DNA of 64,000 bases from Syntrophales bacterium (GTDB lineage Bacteria > Desulfobacterota > Syntrophia > Syntrophales > UBA2185): the NCBI GenBank assembly GCA_052144335.1, contig JBKQQP010000026.1, forward strand, positions 135,768-199,767, read 5' to 3'. Shown piece by piece: positions 28,501 to 37,715 of this stretch. The notes beneath the pieces are model-generated. The model was not told the DNA's origin. It saw nothing but the letters and a program-made list of their open reading frames with translations, and searched no databases. The position numbers were made by a program, and so were the translations under genes. Each line of letters starts with the position of its first letter. The first letter of the stretch is position 1.

Positions 28501-30576
28501 CTAACGACTCACGCGAATGTTCTCAAACGCAAGGTCGTGCTCTTGCCATTTCCAGGCAAAAACTGTGCGCCGATAGATGAAAGGATGGATCGTCAGGTTC
28601 TTAATTATTTTCAGGGTGGAAGAGACTCTCTTGAAAATGAGTTGTGCCGTCTGCTTCGCTCCCGCGTCCACAGGTACTCCCCTGGTTCCTGCATCGTACA
28701 TAGAGATTTTTTGTTGTCCTTTCCAGAAAACTACCTGTGAGACTTCATATTCATTGCCCTCGGTGTCTGTCAACTTCGATTTCGACCAGCGGAAGGTTTC
28801 GTCGTAGATTGCGATATTCCGGGTGGAGTCCTGCGATATGTTCGTCATGTCTACAAAGACGGAGATGTCATTGCCAGATATCTTAACGCTAGTTATCTCG
28901 AACAAGAACTCATTGGCCTCAGCGACCCCAAGCGCTTTAGCGTTCCGTTTTACCGGTTCCCTCACTGGAGCAACCTTTTCTGGGTCAGGCGTCCTTAAAG
29001 TTTCTTTCTCTCCCTCATCCGTCGGCTTGGTGATCGACGGAATCAAACGGGAAAACTTTTTCTCGGCATGGGGTATCGAAACCGGCTGCGGTTTTTCCCG
29101 TGGGACTTCTCCCCCCGGCTCTTCCAGCAAGGTCCTCACCCGAAAGGCCATTCTCACCCGGACGCTGTCTCCCTCATTGATGAAAGATATCAGGCGAACA
29201 GCTGTAATATGTGCCTCCGTGACGGCCCGTGATGATGATTCGGCTGAAACCTGAAAATTTGTCACTTCCGTGGTTGAACGGGAGTGCTGCGTCTTCGCAT
29301 CGTTCTTTACTTCAGCCAGTTTATCGATGATAGCTTCTGCCGAGACCTCAGCAGGACTTTCGGACCCTCGAGCGGTGGTAAGGGCAGTCTTAATGATGAT
29401 GGATTCCCGTATGCGCCGGATATCATGGAGCGCTTTCTGGGTCTCCTGAAAAAGCCGGTCAGCCTCATCTTTTTTAGATTGCACAGCGGCCGCGTCCAGT
29501 AAAGTCTTCTTGTATGGTTCCTCCTTCTTGCTGATGAGGGATAACTGGGTCTCCTTTTCCAGCCTGGCGGAGGTAATCTTTTCCTGGACGGAATTGATCC
29601 TCTCCCGGAATGATCGGACTTGTTCCTGAAGATTTTCTTCGGCAGCGGTGTTCATCTGTGAGGTTTCCTTGATCAAGTTGTTAGCGCGGTCCAAATCATA
29701 ACTGCCTGGGGAATAACCGTTCGCCTTAAGAAAATCATCCAGTTCCTTCCTGGTGGTGATTAAGGAGGCCTTGATATATTTTGAGGCCGGAGCAGGTTTG
29801 ACTCGTCCACCTTTTGGATTCTGGAACGGGTATAGCTCGTAACACTTAAGCCGCAGATAGGTAGTGCCCTTATCCCCCTTTTCAAGTTCGATCCGCAGAG
29901 GTTCCTCGGTGTTCCACTTGGCGGTACCTTCCTCTATGGCGCGGACGAAATCTACAGAAAGGACAGAATTGATGACTTTTGTGAATGACTGGATATAAGT
30001 TCCCATGAGCTGTGCCATCAGAGGAGCGGATGCCTGATCGGCTATGCTTTCCAGAGTGTGGGCCGCATCCTTGAATCCCCTGGTATAGATCACAGCCGCA
30101 AGAGCCTCCCCTTGCTTTTCGGTCTGAAGCCATTTCTTGAGTGCATCCTGCTGCGACTTGATATCCTGGCTGTAGCGGGCAATCTGGCTGTCGAGGTTTT
30201 CGATGCCAGTTTTTATTGTCTTGATGTTTTTCTGCTGATCTTCCAGTTCTGTCGAAACTGCTTGGAACTGGGTTGTAAGATCGTCTCGTCGCTTTTTGGC
30301 TTTGGTGAATTCCTTGTTGGCAGCGGCCAGTGCCTTCTTGTATCCTATATCCTCTCTCTCCTTCTCGTCTTCCACGGCATTCAGGTTTGCCTTCTCTTCC
30401 TGCGGGGCGGAGAAACCTTCCCGTCTGTTCACCTCGGAGTGGATGATCTTCTTGACCTGTTCTCCGGAGTCAGAACGGAGTGTTACCCAACTGCTTAGGA
30501 AGGATGATGCGGAATGGCCCTGAGGGGTCAGGAGAAGGATGAAGATAATAATTAGAGGTATCCTAAATTTTAACAT
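28501..30576 (-). CDS. Large secreted coiled-coil protein with C-terminal beta-rich domain, unknown function
   Basis: Start taken at MLKFRIPLIIIFILLLTPQGHSASS (signal peptide). A long heptad-like charged region follows (KEFTKAKKRRDDLTTQFQAVSTELEDQQKNIKTIKTGIENLDSQIARYSQDIK...). The C-terminal roughly 130 aa are beta-strand-like. Confidence 0.6.
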   Translation of the reverse strand: MLKFRIPLIIIFILLLTPQGHSASSFLSSWVTLRSDSGEQVKKIIHSEVNRREGFSAPQEEKANLNAVEDEKEREDIGYKKALAAANKEFTKAKKRRDDLTTQFQAVSTELEDQQKNIKTIKTGIENLDSQIARYSQDIKSQQDALKKWLQTEKQGEALAAVIYTRGFKDAAHTLESIADQASAPLMAQLMGTYIQSFTKVINSVLSVDFVRAIEEGTAKWNTEEPLRIELEKGDKGTTYLRLKCYELYPFQNPKGGRVKPAPASKYIKASLITTRKELDDFLKANGYSPGSYDLDRANNLIKETSQMNTAAEENLQEQVRSFRERINSVQEKITSARLEKETQLSLISKKEEPYKKTLLDAAAVQSKKDEADRLFQETQKALHDIRRIRESIIIKTALTTARGSESPAEVSAEAIIDKLAEVKNDAKTQHSRSTTEVTNFQVSAESSSRAVTEAHITAVRLISFINEGDSVRVRMAFRVRTLLEEPGGEVPREKPQPVSIPHAEKKFSRLIPSITKPTDEGEKETLRTPDPEKVAPVREPVKRNAKALGVAEANEFLFEITSVKISGNDISVFVDMTNISQDSTRNIAIYDETFRWSKSKLTDTEGNEYEVSQVVFWKGQQKISMYDAGTRGVPVDAGAKQTAQLIFKRVSSTLKIIKNLTIHPFIYRRTVFAWKWQEHDLAFENIRVSR

Positions 30577-30947
30577 GAAATGTTCTTCTGGCCAACACGG
30601 ATTTGATTGCAATTTAATCTGATGAAAAGTCAATATGTTGTCAAATCATTTTTAGAATCATTTTTAGGAAATGAGATATTTAATAACCAGTTTTATCTAT
30701 AGACTTCCACTATGCTGCCAGAGACGACGCCGGAATTTGCTACGCCAATCAGGATCTGAGCGGATGGACAAAAGCTATACGCTTTTTTGATAGAAATACC
30801 CTTTTTTATTGGTCAAGTGTAATTAAAATGCCCTTACGTGTCAAAAGAATTATGATAAGAATACTTCAATACAAGTCACAAGGGTTTCATGTCTGTTATG
30901 AAAACCTCGAATAGCAGAAAGATGAGACGGCACTGGTCCGTTTCCTC

Positions 30948-30976
30948 TTGACACATCATCGGCATCTTCCTATACT
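30948..30976 (+). promoter_or_regulatory. Sigma70-type promoter in front of the lipid cluster
   Basis: TTGACA (30948-30953), 17-nt spacer, TATACT (30971-30976), 25 nt upstream of the ATG at 31002. Confidence 0.55.
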
Positions 30977-31001
30977 CCCTCAGTAAAAAAGGTAAATCAT
31001 C

Positions 31002-31421
31002 ATGACAGGGAAGTATCATCCCAGCTGCGAAATTGTGCATAGGGTGCCATTTTACGATCTTGACCCCATGCAGATCGTATGGCACGGAAATTATTTTCTT
31101 TACTTTGAGGATGCCAGAGTGGCCCTTTTCGCACAGGTGGGTGTAGATCTCTATGAGTTTTATCTGCGGACGCAGTATCTTTTCCCCATCATCAAGACGA
31201 CCACAAAACACATCTATCCCCTGAGGCACGGCGATGAATTTATCTGCAAGGCCACCGTGGTTGAGGGAAAGACAAAAATCGTCGTGGATTTTGAAATCAG
31301 GCTTAAAGCTGACGGCAGAGTTTGTACCCGCGGGAGAACCGAGCAGGTTGCCGTAAAGGCACCAGAGATGGAGATTATGTTCACCATCCCCGATGAAATC
31401 AGACAAGCCCTTGGATTCTGA
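31002..31421 (+). CDS. Hotdog-fold acyl-CoA/acyl-ACP thioesterase (4HBT/YbgC-like)
   Basis: VPFYDLDPMQIVWHGNYFLYFEDARVALF matches the YbgC/4HBT N-terminal catalytic Asp block. Confidence 0.8.
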   Translation: MTGKYHPSCEIVHRVPFYDLDPMQIVWHGNYFLYFEDARVALFAQVGVDLYEFYLRTQYLFPIIKTTTKHIYPLRHGDEFICKATVVEGKTKIVVDFEIRLKADGRVCTRGRTEQVAVKAPEMEIMFTIPDEIRQALGF

Positions 31422-31473
31422 TCAATTGGGGAGTTGACTTAAATTGATCGGAATGAAAATAAAATCTATTTTC

Positions 31474-31502
31474 ACACACCCCCTTTTATAAAGGGGGTGT
31501 GT
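31474..31502. terminator. Perfect 12-13 bp GC-rich hairpin between thioesterase and FabH-like gene
   Basis: ACACACCCCCTTT-TAT-AAAGGGGGTGTGT. No clean T-tract follows on the plus strand, so terminator function is uncertain. It may be a REP-like or attenuating structure. Confidence 0.35.
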
Positions 31503-31562
31503 AAGAGACTATATATTTTATTGGTAAAGGTTCAAGTTATAGGGTGAGGAAAAATTATTGAA

Positions 31563-32543
31563 ATGCGCAATTCGGTTATTGCATCAACCGGCAGCTACCT
31601 ACCGGAAAGAGTCGTCCGTAATGAAGACCTGAAACAATTTCCACAGGAGGCGATTCAACTGATCGGCGAGAAGACCGGTGTGTTTTTCCGAAGGATGGCA
31701 TCCGATAAGGAATGTACATCGGATCTGGCGGTGCAAGCGGCGATTGCGTGTCTTGACAGGATTGCTTATTCACCGGAAGGAGTAGAAGGGATTCTTCTTG
31801 CCACCTCCTCCCCGGATCGCATGCAGCCCGCGACAGCGGCGCGGGTGCAGCATATTATAGGTGCGAAAAAAGCCTTTGCCTTCGATATCAATTCAGTCTG
31901 TTCGGGAAGCACCTTCGGCATCGCCGTGGCTGATGCCCTCATTAAATCAGGATATTGCGAGAATATCCTTTTGGTTGCTTCGGAAATGTATTCCAAAATC
32001 ATGAATAGAAAGGATTTTTCATCATACCCCTTTTTCGGAGACGGTGCCGGTGCCGTCTTCTTTCAAGCAGGCGACACCTCTGCCGAAGGAGTTATTCACT
32101 CCTGTTTGAGGACAGACGGAGGCGGCAGCGATACCATCAGCGTTCCCGCAGGGGGGACGATGCTGCCTTTTGCAAAAATGACCAATACCAGGTCTGCTTT
32201 TTTCAAGATGAGAGGCATCGATGTATTTAACTTTGCGGTGGACAAGGGTTCCGAGATAATCCTCCAACTCCTCAAGGATGCTGACGAGGATATAAAAGAT
32301 ATCAAGTGTTTTGTCTGTCATCAGGCGAATGTGAATATCATCCGCAAGATCGCAGACATTCTCGCTGTATCTGCGGACCGGTTTTTTATGAACATCTCTT
32401 CCTACGGCAATACCGCTGCCGCGTCCGTCCTGATAGCCCTCGATGAAGCGATTTCCAAGGGTGTCATTGCGAAAGGAGATCTCGTCGTCACAGTATCTTT
32501 TGGTGGCGGGCTGTCCTGGGGGGCGAACTTGATACGTATCTAA
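31563..32543 (+). CDS. FabH-like 3-oxoacyl-ACP synthase III
   Basis: Cys-His-Asn triad contexts FDINSVCSGSTFG, CHQANVNII, SSYGNTAAASV. Confidence 0.85.
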   Translation: MRNSVIASTGSYLPERVVRNEDLKQFPQEAIQLIGEKTGVFFRRMASDKECTSDLAVQAAIACLDRIAYSPEGVEGILLATSSPDRMQPATAARVQHIIGAKKAFAFDINSVCSGSTFGIAVADALIKSGYCENILLVASEMYSKIMNRKDFSSYPFFGDGAGAVFFQAGDTSAEGVIHSCLRTDGGGSDTISVPAGGTMLPFAKMTNTRSAFFKMRGIDVFNFAVDKGSEIILQLLKDADEDIKDIKCFVCHQANVNIIRKIADILAVSADRFFMNISSYGNTAAASVLIALDEAISKGVIAKGDLVVTVSFGGGLSWGANLIRI

Positions 32544-32558
32544 TGTGAGGAACATGGC

Positions 32559-32834
32559 GTGAATGATATTTGGCAAACGATGAAACAAGTTCTTTTAGAT
32601 AATTTTTTTGAAAGTGGCAATGGATCTATCACCCCGGAGACAAAACTGGGTGAAATGCCCGACTGGGATTCAATGGAGGCTGTGAATTTACAGGTTCTTC
32701 TACACGATACCTTCCATGTAGACCTCCCGCTGGAACTTCTGCATGAAGAAACAATATTTAATGATCTGGTCATGTTTATGGAACAGCCGGACAGGATCGC
32801 CGCAGCGATGAAAAAGTTTAGGGAGAGGACTTAG
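32559..32834 (+). CDS. Acyl carrier protein (ACP 1)
   Basis: GEMPDWDSMEAVNL phosphopantetheine-Ser context. GTG start at 32559 or ATG at 32580. Confidence 0.65.
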   Translation: MNDIWQTMKQVLLDNFFESGNGSITPETKLGEMPDWDSMEAVNLQVLLHDTFHVDLPLELLHEETIFNDLVMFMEQPDRIAAAMKKFRERT

Positions 32835-32907
32835 AATTTGAGGCGACACATTTAGTTCCCTGTGTATTCGATTAGGGAATGATCATTTGGAGTGAGAAAG
32901 CGGACTG

Positions 32908-33624
32908 ATGAACAAAGACCGCGTTGCTGTCGTGATTCCCGTTTACAATCATGAGGGGAAGGTTACGCAGGTGGTCAGGGAAGCCCTGAAGCTTCACGTG
33001 CCCCTGTTTGTTATCGATGACGGCTCGACAGATTCCACTTACGACCGTATAAAGGACATATCGCCTGTCACCATCATACGTCATGAAACCAACAGAGGAA
33101 AGGGTGCTGCAATTCTGACCGGTTTAGCAGCAGCAGCCCCATTGGCGGACTGGGTCATCACCATGGATGCCGATGGACAACATCATCCCGAAGATGTCTG
33201 GAATCTGATCATGGCTGTTCCATCCGGCCAAAGGCCTATCGTTGTCGGTCACAGGGAAGGAATGAATCACCGCCATGTACCGTGGACGAGCCGCTTCGGC
33301 AGAGCGTTTTCAAACTTCTGGGTCCGGAAATCAGGAGGTCCGGACATCGGTGACACGCAAAGCGGATTCAGGCTGTATCCTCTTCCGGAGACCATGGATC
33401 TCGGTGTGAGGGCGCAGCGCTTCCAATTTGAGGTTGAAATTCTGGTCAGGGCTAAATGGCACGGTATACCTGTTCTGGAGACGCCCGTCAGAGTGACGTA
33501 TGAAGCCGAAGGTGAGAGGGACTCCCACTATCGCGGCTTTGTCGATTTCTACCGGAATGCAGGTACCTTCTGCCGTCTGATTTTTACGAGATTATGTGTA
33601 TTGCCCTTTATACGAAGAAAATAG
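32908..33624 (+). CDS. Family 2 glycosyltransferase (DPM1/ArnC-like polyprenol-phosphate glycosyltransferase type)
   Basis: VAVVIPVYNHEG, VIDDGSTDST, MDADGQHHPED, TQSGFRLY. Confidence 0.85.
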   Translation: MNKDRVAVVIPVYNHEGKVTQVVREALKLHVPLFVIDDGSTDSTYDRIKDISPVTIIRHETNRGKGAAILTGLAAAAPLADWVITMDADGQHHPEDVWNLIMAVPSGQRPIVVGHREGMNHRHVPWTSRFGRAFSNFWVRKSGGPDIGDTQSGFRLYPLPETMDLGVRAQRFQFEVEILVRAKWHGIPVLETPVRVTYEAEGERDSHYRGFVDFYRNAGTFCRLIFTRLCVLPFIRRK

Positions 33625-33640
33625 CCTTTAATGATCTTTC

Positions 33641-36600
33641 ATGATGAACGCACACAGACACCTCTTGAGATGGTCCCTTGTGATCGTCGTGATCTTAGCT
33701 GTCATAGGGCTATTCACAACAGGGATATACCGTCTCCAAATTGATACCGATATCCTGCCCTCTCTGCCCCAGGGCGATCCCGTATTAGCCGATGCCCGCT
33801 ATGTCATCATGCATCATCCGATTCATGACAGGGTGGTCGTCGATGTGGGAAATCCCGGCGGGGACATTGATGTCCTCATTGAAGGCGCTAACTTGGTTGA
33901 AGCTAAAATGCGGGCAAGCGGCCTCTTCAAAGAGGTGGGATTCAGTCACATCAGTCAACTGATGCCGGAGCTGATACGGTATATTATCGATCATCTACCG
34001 ATCCTTTTCGATAAGAAGGAGCTTGAAGAAAACGTTAAACCAATGCTCTCGCCCGAAAAAGTGCGGCAGACCATGGGGGATTATTTATATTCCCTGCACC
34101 TTCTTGAAGGGATCGGCGAGATGAGGCTTATCTCCGATGATCCTCTCGCATTGCGAAATTTGGTTCTTTCACGCTTATCGTTTCTTTCACCCGTAAAGGG
34201 CGCCAAAATATATAAAGGTCAGCTCGTCTCATCGGATGGGAAGCATATCTTAATCATGGCCGATCCTTTAATCTCAGGCATGGATACGAGGTTTTCAAGA
34301 CATGTCACGGCGCTGTTGGATAATATCTCTGAAGAGCTGCACGGGAAATATGGCCGGCAGAACGGATTCACCCTGATGCCAATTGGCGCCTATCGTGCCG
34401 CTCTCGATAATGAGTTGAGCGCCAAACGTAATGTTAAAAAAGCAGTTCTGTTTTCCACTGTCGTCATCACCCTCCTGCTATTCGTAGGCTTTCCCAGACC
34501 TCTGATCGGTCTCTTGTCCCTTCTGCCGGCCTTCGCCGGAACCATGATGGCGATCTTCGTGTATTCCCTTTTTCACCATTCCATTTCCATGCTGGCCGTC
34601 GGTTTTGGCGGGGCGATTATTTCCTTTACCGTTGATTACGGCATCACCTATCTTCTTTTTCTTGACCGTCCATACGAAACACGCGGCTTGGAAACTACCA
34701 AGGAGGTCTGGTCTTTGGGTCTTCTTGCCATGCTGACAACTGCCGTCAGCTTTGCATTTCTGTCCGTAAGCGGATTCCCAGCCCTGATGGAAATAGGCCA
34801 ATTTGCCGCTCTGGGAGTTGTATTTACCTATATATTTGTTCATACTTTCTTCCCGTTGTTATTCCCTGTGATGCCCCCCGCAAAACGCCCGCCCTATCTA
34901 CCGCTTCAGCGCATCGTCAGCAGAATCGCATCTTCCGGCGGTATGTGGAAGACTTATGCCGCTTTAGCTCTTGCCGTTGTAATGCTGTTTTTCGCCAGGC
35001 CGGAATTTCGTGTCGATCTGAATACAATGAACGCGGTCAGTCAGGAGACGCTAAGCGCTGAGAAACTCATCCGGGACGTCTGGGGCGATATCATGAGCCG
35101 GCTGTATGTTATGGTGGAGGGATGCGATCAGCACGATCTGCAGCGGAAAAGCGACCGTCTGGCTGATATGCTTGCTCAGGAAGTTGCAGCCGGACGGCTT
35201 TCCCAGGCATTTGTCCCTTCCATGCTTTTCCCAGGCAAGGAGATGGCACGAAAAAATCTTGCGGCGTGGCAGAGTTTCTGGAATCCGGATCGGGTTGCCG
35301 GGCTTCGAAAGAGTATGGGTGAAGCTTCACAGTCATTGGGGTTTTCACCTTCCGCTTTTAATCATTTTTTCGCAATTTTAAATAGACGGGACTTACAGGG
35401 GATCGACATGCCCGAGAAATATTCCGGCCTCCTTGGCATATCGGTAAATAAGGATCGGACTTCGTGGGTAGCGGTTGCGACCCTGAAGCCGGGACCATCA
35501 TACGAGGGAGAGGACTTTTACAGACGCTTCACGGCAACAGGACTGGCAAGGGTGTTTGACCCGTCCCTTTTCGTAAAACGGTTTGAAGCAACCTTGCTTT
35601 CCGCCTTCATCAAGATGGCTGTTATCGTGGGAATAATCACGATATTGACTGCCTTCTTCTATTTTTTCGACTGGCAGCTTACCCTGGTCGGCATGGCGCC
35701 GACACTCTTTGCCCTGATATGCACACTCGGCACACTGAATCTCACAGGGCAGCCCCTCACTATACCGACCCTCATGGTATCCGTCGTAGTCATCGGGATG
35801 GGAACAGACTATGCTCTTTATCTGGTGCGCTCTTATCAGCGCTATTTCGATGAAGATGATCATTCTTTGGGGCTTATACGCCTCTCCGTTTTTCTTTCCT
35901 TCGCCACAACGTTTCTGGGGTTCGGCATTCTGGCACTCGCCGACAATGCCATGCTGAAAAGTGCTGGGTTGGGCCTTGCCTTGGGAATTGGTTATTCCTT
36001 CTTGGGTGCTGTGACGATTACACCGCCCATCTTGAAACGGATGTTTGCGCCTATACCTCCGATGGATGAGGAAATAGTGCCCGGTTCGAAAAGGCACCTT
36101 CAGCGTGCAGTTGGGCGCTACCGGCATATGGAGGCCTATCCGAGACTCTTTGCCCGTTTTAAAATCATCCTCGATCCCATGTTTCCGCGCCTCGCCGAGT
36201 TCATCAGGAAGCCGGAGATCATCATAGATGTGGGGACCGGCTATGGCGTACCCGCTGTCTGGCTTCTCGAGTTGTTTCCCCGGGCGCAAATCTACGGGAT
36301 CGAACCGGATCGCAAGCGTGTGCGTTTCGCATCGCGGGCGATAGGTAAAAGGGGTACCGTCGAGATCGGCCGCGCTCCCGATATACCCGACGTTCCCGGG
36401 ATGGCCGACACGGCCCTTCTCTTGGATATGATTCATCTGATAACCGATGATGCGTTAAGGTTGACTTTACAGCGTCTTCACGGGAAACTTTGTCCTGACG
36501 GTTCTTTGATAGTCAGAGCGACTGTGCCATCGGGAAAACGCATTCCCTGGACGCGCTGGATCGAAACGACGAGGATCAGGCTGCAAAAAGGAACGCCGTA

Positions 36601-36721
36601 CTTCCGTTCGAAGGAGGATATCTTGACCATGATGGCGGAGACTAGTTTTGAGATCACGCGGACAGAAATCAGTTCACCGGGGAAGGAAGAATGGTGGTTT
36701 ATCGCCAAGGTGATCATCTAG
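33641..36721 (+). CDS. MMPL/RND-superfamily exporter fused to a C-terminal SAM-dependent methyltransferase domain
   Basis: About 800 aa form two 6-TM bundles plus two large loops (the MMPL pattern). Residues from about 808 (nt 36062) carry the class I methyltransferase motif I IIIDVGTGYGVPAVWL, then IYGIEPD and LLLDMIHL. Confidence 0.8.
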   Translation: MMNAHRHLLRWSLVIVVILAVIGLFTTGIYRLQIDTDILPSLPQGDPVLADARYVIMHHPIHDRVVVDVGNPGGDIDVLIEGANLVEAKMRASGLFKEVGFSHISQLMPELIRYIIDHLPILFDKKELEENVKPMLSPEKVRQTMGDYLYSLHLLEGIGEMRLISDDPLALRNLVLSRLSFLSPVKGAKIYKGQLVSSDGKHILIMADPLISGMDTRFSRHVTALLDNISEELHGKYGRQNGFTLMPIGAYRAALDNELSAKRNVKKAVLFSTVVITLLLFVGFPRPLIGLLSLLPAFAGTMMAIFVYSLFHHSISMLAVGFGGAIISFTVDYGITYLLFLDRPYETRGLETTKEVWSLGLLAMLTTAVSFAFLSVSGFPALMEIGQFAALGVVFTYIFVHTFFPLLFPVMPPAKRPPYLPLQRIVSRIASSGGMWKTYAALALAVVMLFFARPEFRVDLNTMNAVSQETLSAEKLIRDVWGDIMSRLYVMVEGCDQHDLQRKSDRLADMLAQEVAAGRLSQAFVPSMLFPGKEMARKNLAAWQSFWNPDRVAGLRKSMGEASQSLGFSPSAFNHFFAILNRRDLQGIDMPEKYSGLLGISVNKDRTSWVAVATLKPGPSYEGEDFYRRFTATGLARVFDPSLFVKRFEATLLSAFIKMAVIVGIITILTAFFYFFDWQLTLVGMAPTLFALICTLGTLNLTGQPLTIPTLMVSVVVIGMGTDYALYLVRSYQRYFDEDDHSLGLIRLSVFLSFATTFLGFGILALADNAMLKSAGLGLALGIGYSFLGAVTITPPILKRMFAPIPPMDEEIVPGSKRHLQRAVGRYRHMEAYPRLFARFKIILDPMFPRLAEFIRKPEIIIDVGTGYGVPAVWLLELFPRAQIYGIEPDRKRVRFASRAIGKRGTVEIGRAPDIPDVPGMADTALLLDMIHLITDDALRLTLQRLHGKLCPDGSLIVRATVPSGKRIPWTRWIETTRIRLQKGTPYFRSKEDILTMMAETSFEITRTEISSPGKEEWWFIAKVII

Positions 36722-36757
36722 GATTTGGCCGCATAGGCATGACCAAATGAGGACAGA

Positions 36758-37666
36758 ATGAAGGACATTTTCTATAAGCTTTTAATCGGCCTAACAAAGC
36801 GAATGGGACTATGGGTGTTCCGTGTGATGGCTTGGTTCGTTGCAACCGGATATTTTTTCCTTTTTCCGGGAAGGGTGGCGGCAAGTATTCAATTTTACGG
36901 GGCGCTTTTTCCGTCAAGGACACTATTGTACCATGTCTGGTGCGCATGGAGGCAATATCACAATTTCACCAATGTCTACTTGGACCGGTTTCTCATCTTC
37001 GAGGAACATAATATTACCGTCACCCCTAAGGGGTGGGAATTCCTTGAGGATGCCGTTAAAAGAAAGGTGGGCGGTATAATTCTTATGTCCCATGTAGGGA
37101 ACTGGGAAATTGCGGCTCATATGCTCAAGGTTCATGGCCGCAACAATCCGCAGATGAATCTGCTTCTCTACCTCGGCCAGAAGCACAAGGACCAGATTGA
37201 GCACACGCAGAAGGAAAGCCTCGTCCATAGCGGCGTGAAGATTATAGTTGCGGAAGAGAATGGAGGATCCCCCGCCGATATCATCGAAGGCATGAACTTT
37301 CTGAGAGCGGGCGGGTTGGTTTCTCTGACGGGTGACCGAATATGGCGTAAAGACCAGCGTTCCATACCTGTTAGATTCCTTGGGCATGAGGCATTTCTGC
37401 CAGAAACTCCCTTCATATTTGCCCTGCTGTCTGGCGCCCCACTGTTTATTTTTTTTGGGTATCGAATGGGAAAACATGCGTATCACTTTCAAATCCTACC
37501 TCCGGAATATGTCCACGCGGAAGACCGGAAGGACAGACAGGAAGCCATCAGAAGGGCGGCTCAGTTCTATGCCGACCGTATTGAGGAAATGGTGCGGAAA
37601 TGTCCCTTTGAATGGTTCCACTTTGAACATTTTATCGGACGAAAACTGGATGAGGATTTGAGTTGA
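36758..37666 (+). CDS. LpxL/HtrB-type lysophospholipid (lipid A biosynthesis) acyltransferase family protein
   Basis: N-terminal TM and HX4E catalytic motif SHVGNWEIAA, with size and layout as LPLAT_LABLAT. Confidence 0.75.
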   Translation: MKDIFYKLLIGLTKRMGLWVFRVMAWFVATGYFFLFPGRVAASIQFYGALFPSRTLLYHVWCAWRQYHNFTNVYLDRFLIFEEHNITVTPKGWEFLEDAVKRKVGGIILMSHVGNWEIAAHMLKVHGRNNPQMNLLLYLGQKHKDQIEHTQKESLVHSGVKIIVAEENGGSPADIIEGMNFLRAGGLVSLTGDRIWRKDQRSIPVRFLGHEAFLPETPFIFALLSGAPLFIFFGYRMGKHAYHFQILPPEYVHAEDRKDRQEAIRRAAQFYADRIEEMVRKCPFEWFHFEHFIGRKLDEDLS

Positions 37667-37715
37667 GCATCTGTCATTCACCTTCTATCATCACCTGACA
37701 AACAAGAATTTAACT

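Noticed and set aside
30876-31406. 176-aa minus-strand ORF overlapping the first thioesterase and its promoter
   Set aside because: The plus-strand thioesterase has a clear catalytic block and a consensus promoter. The antisense ORF has no motif or RBS.
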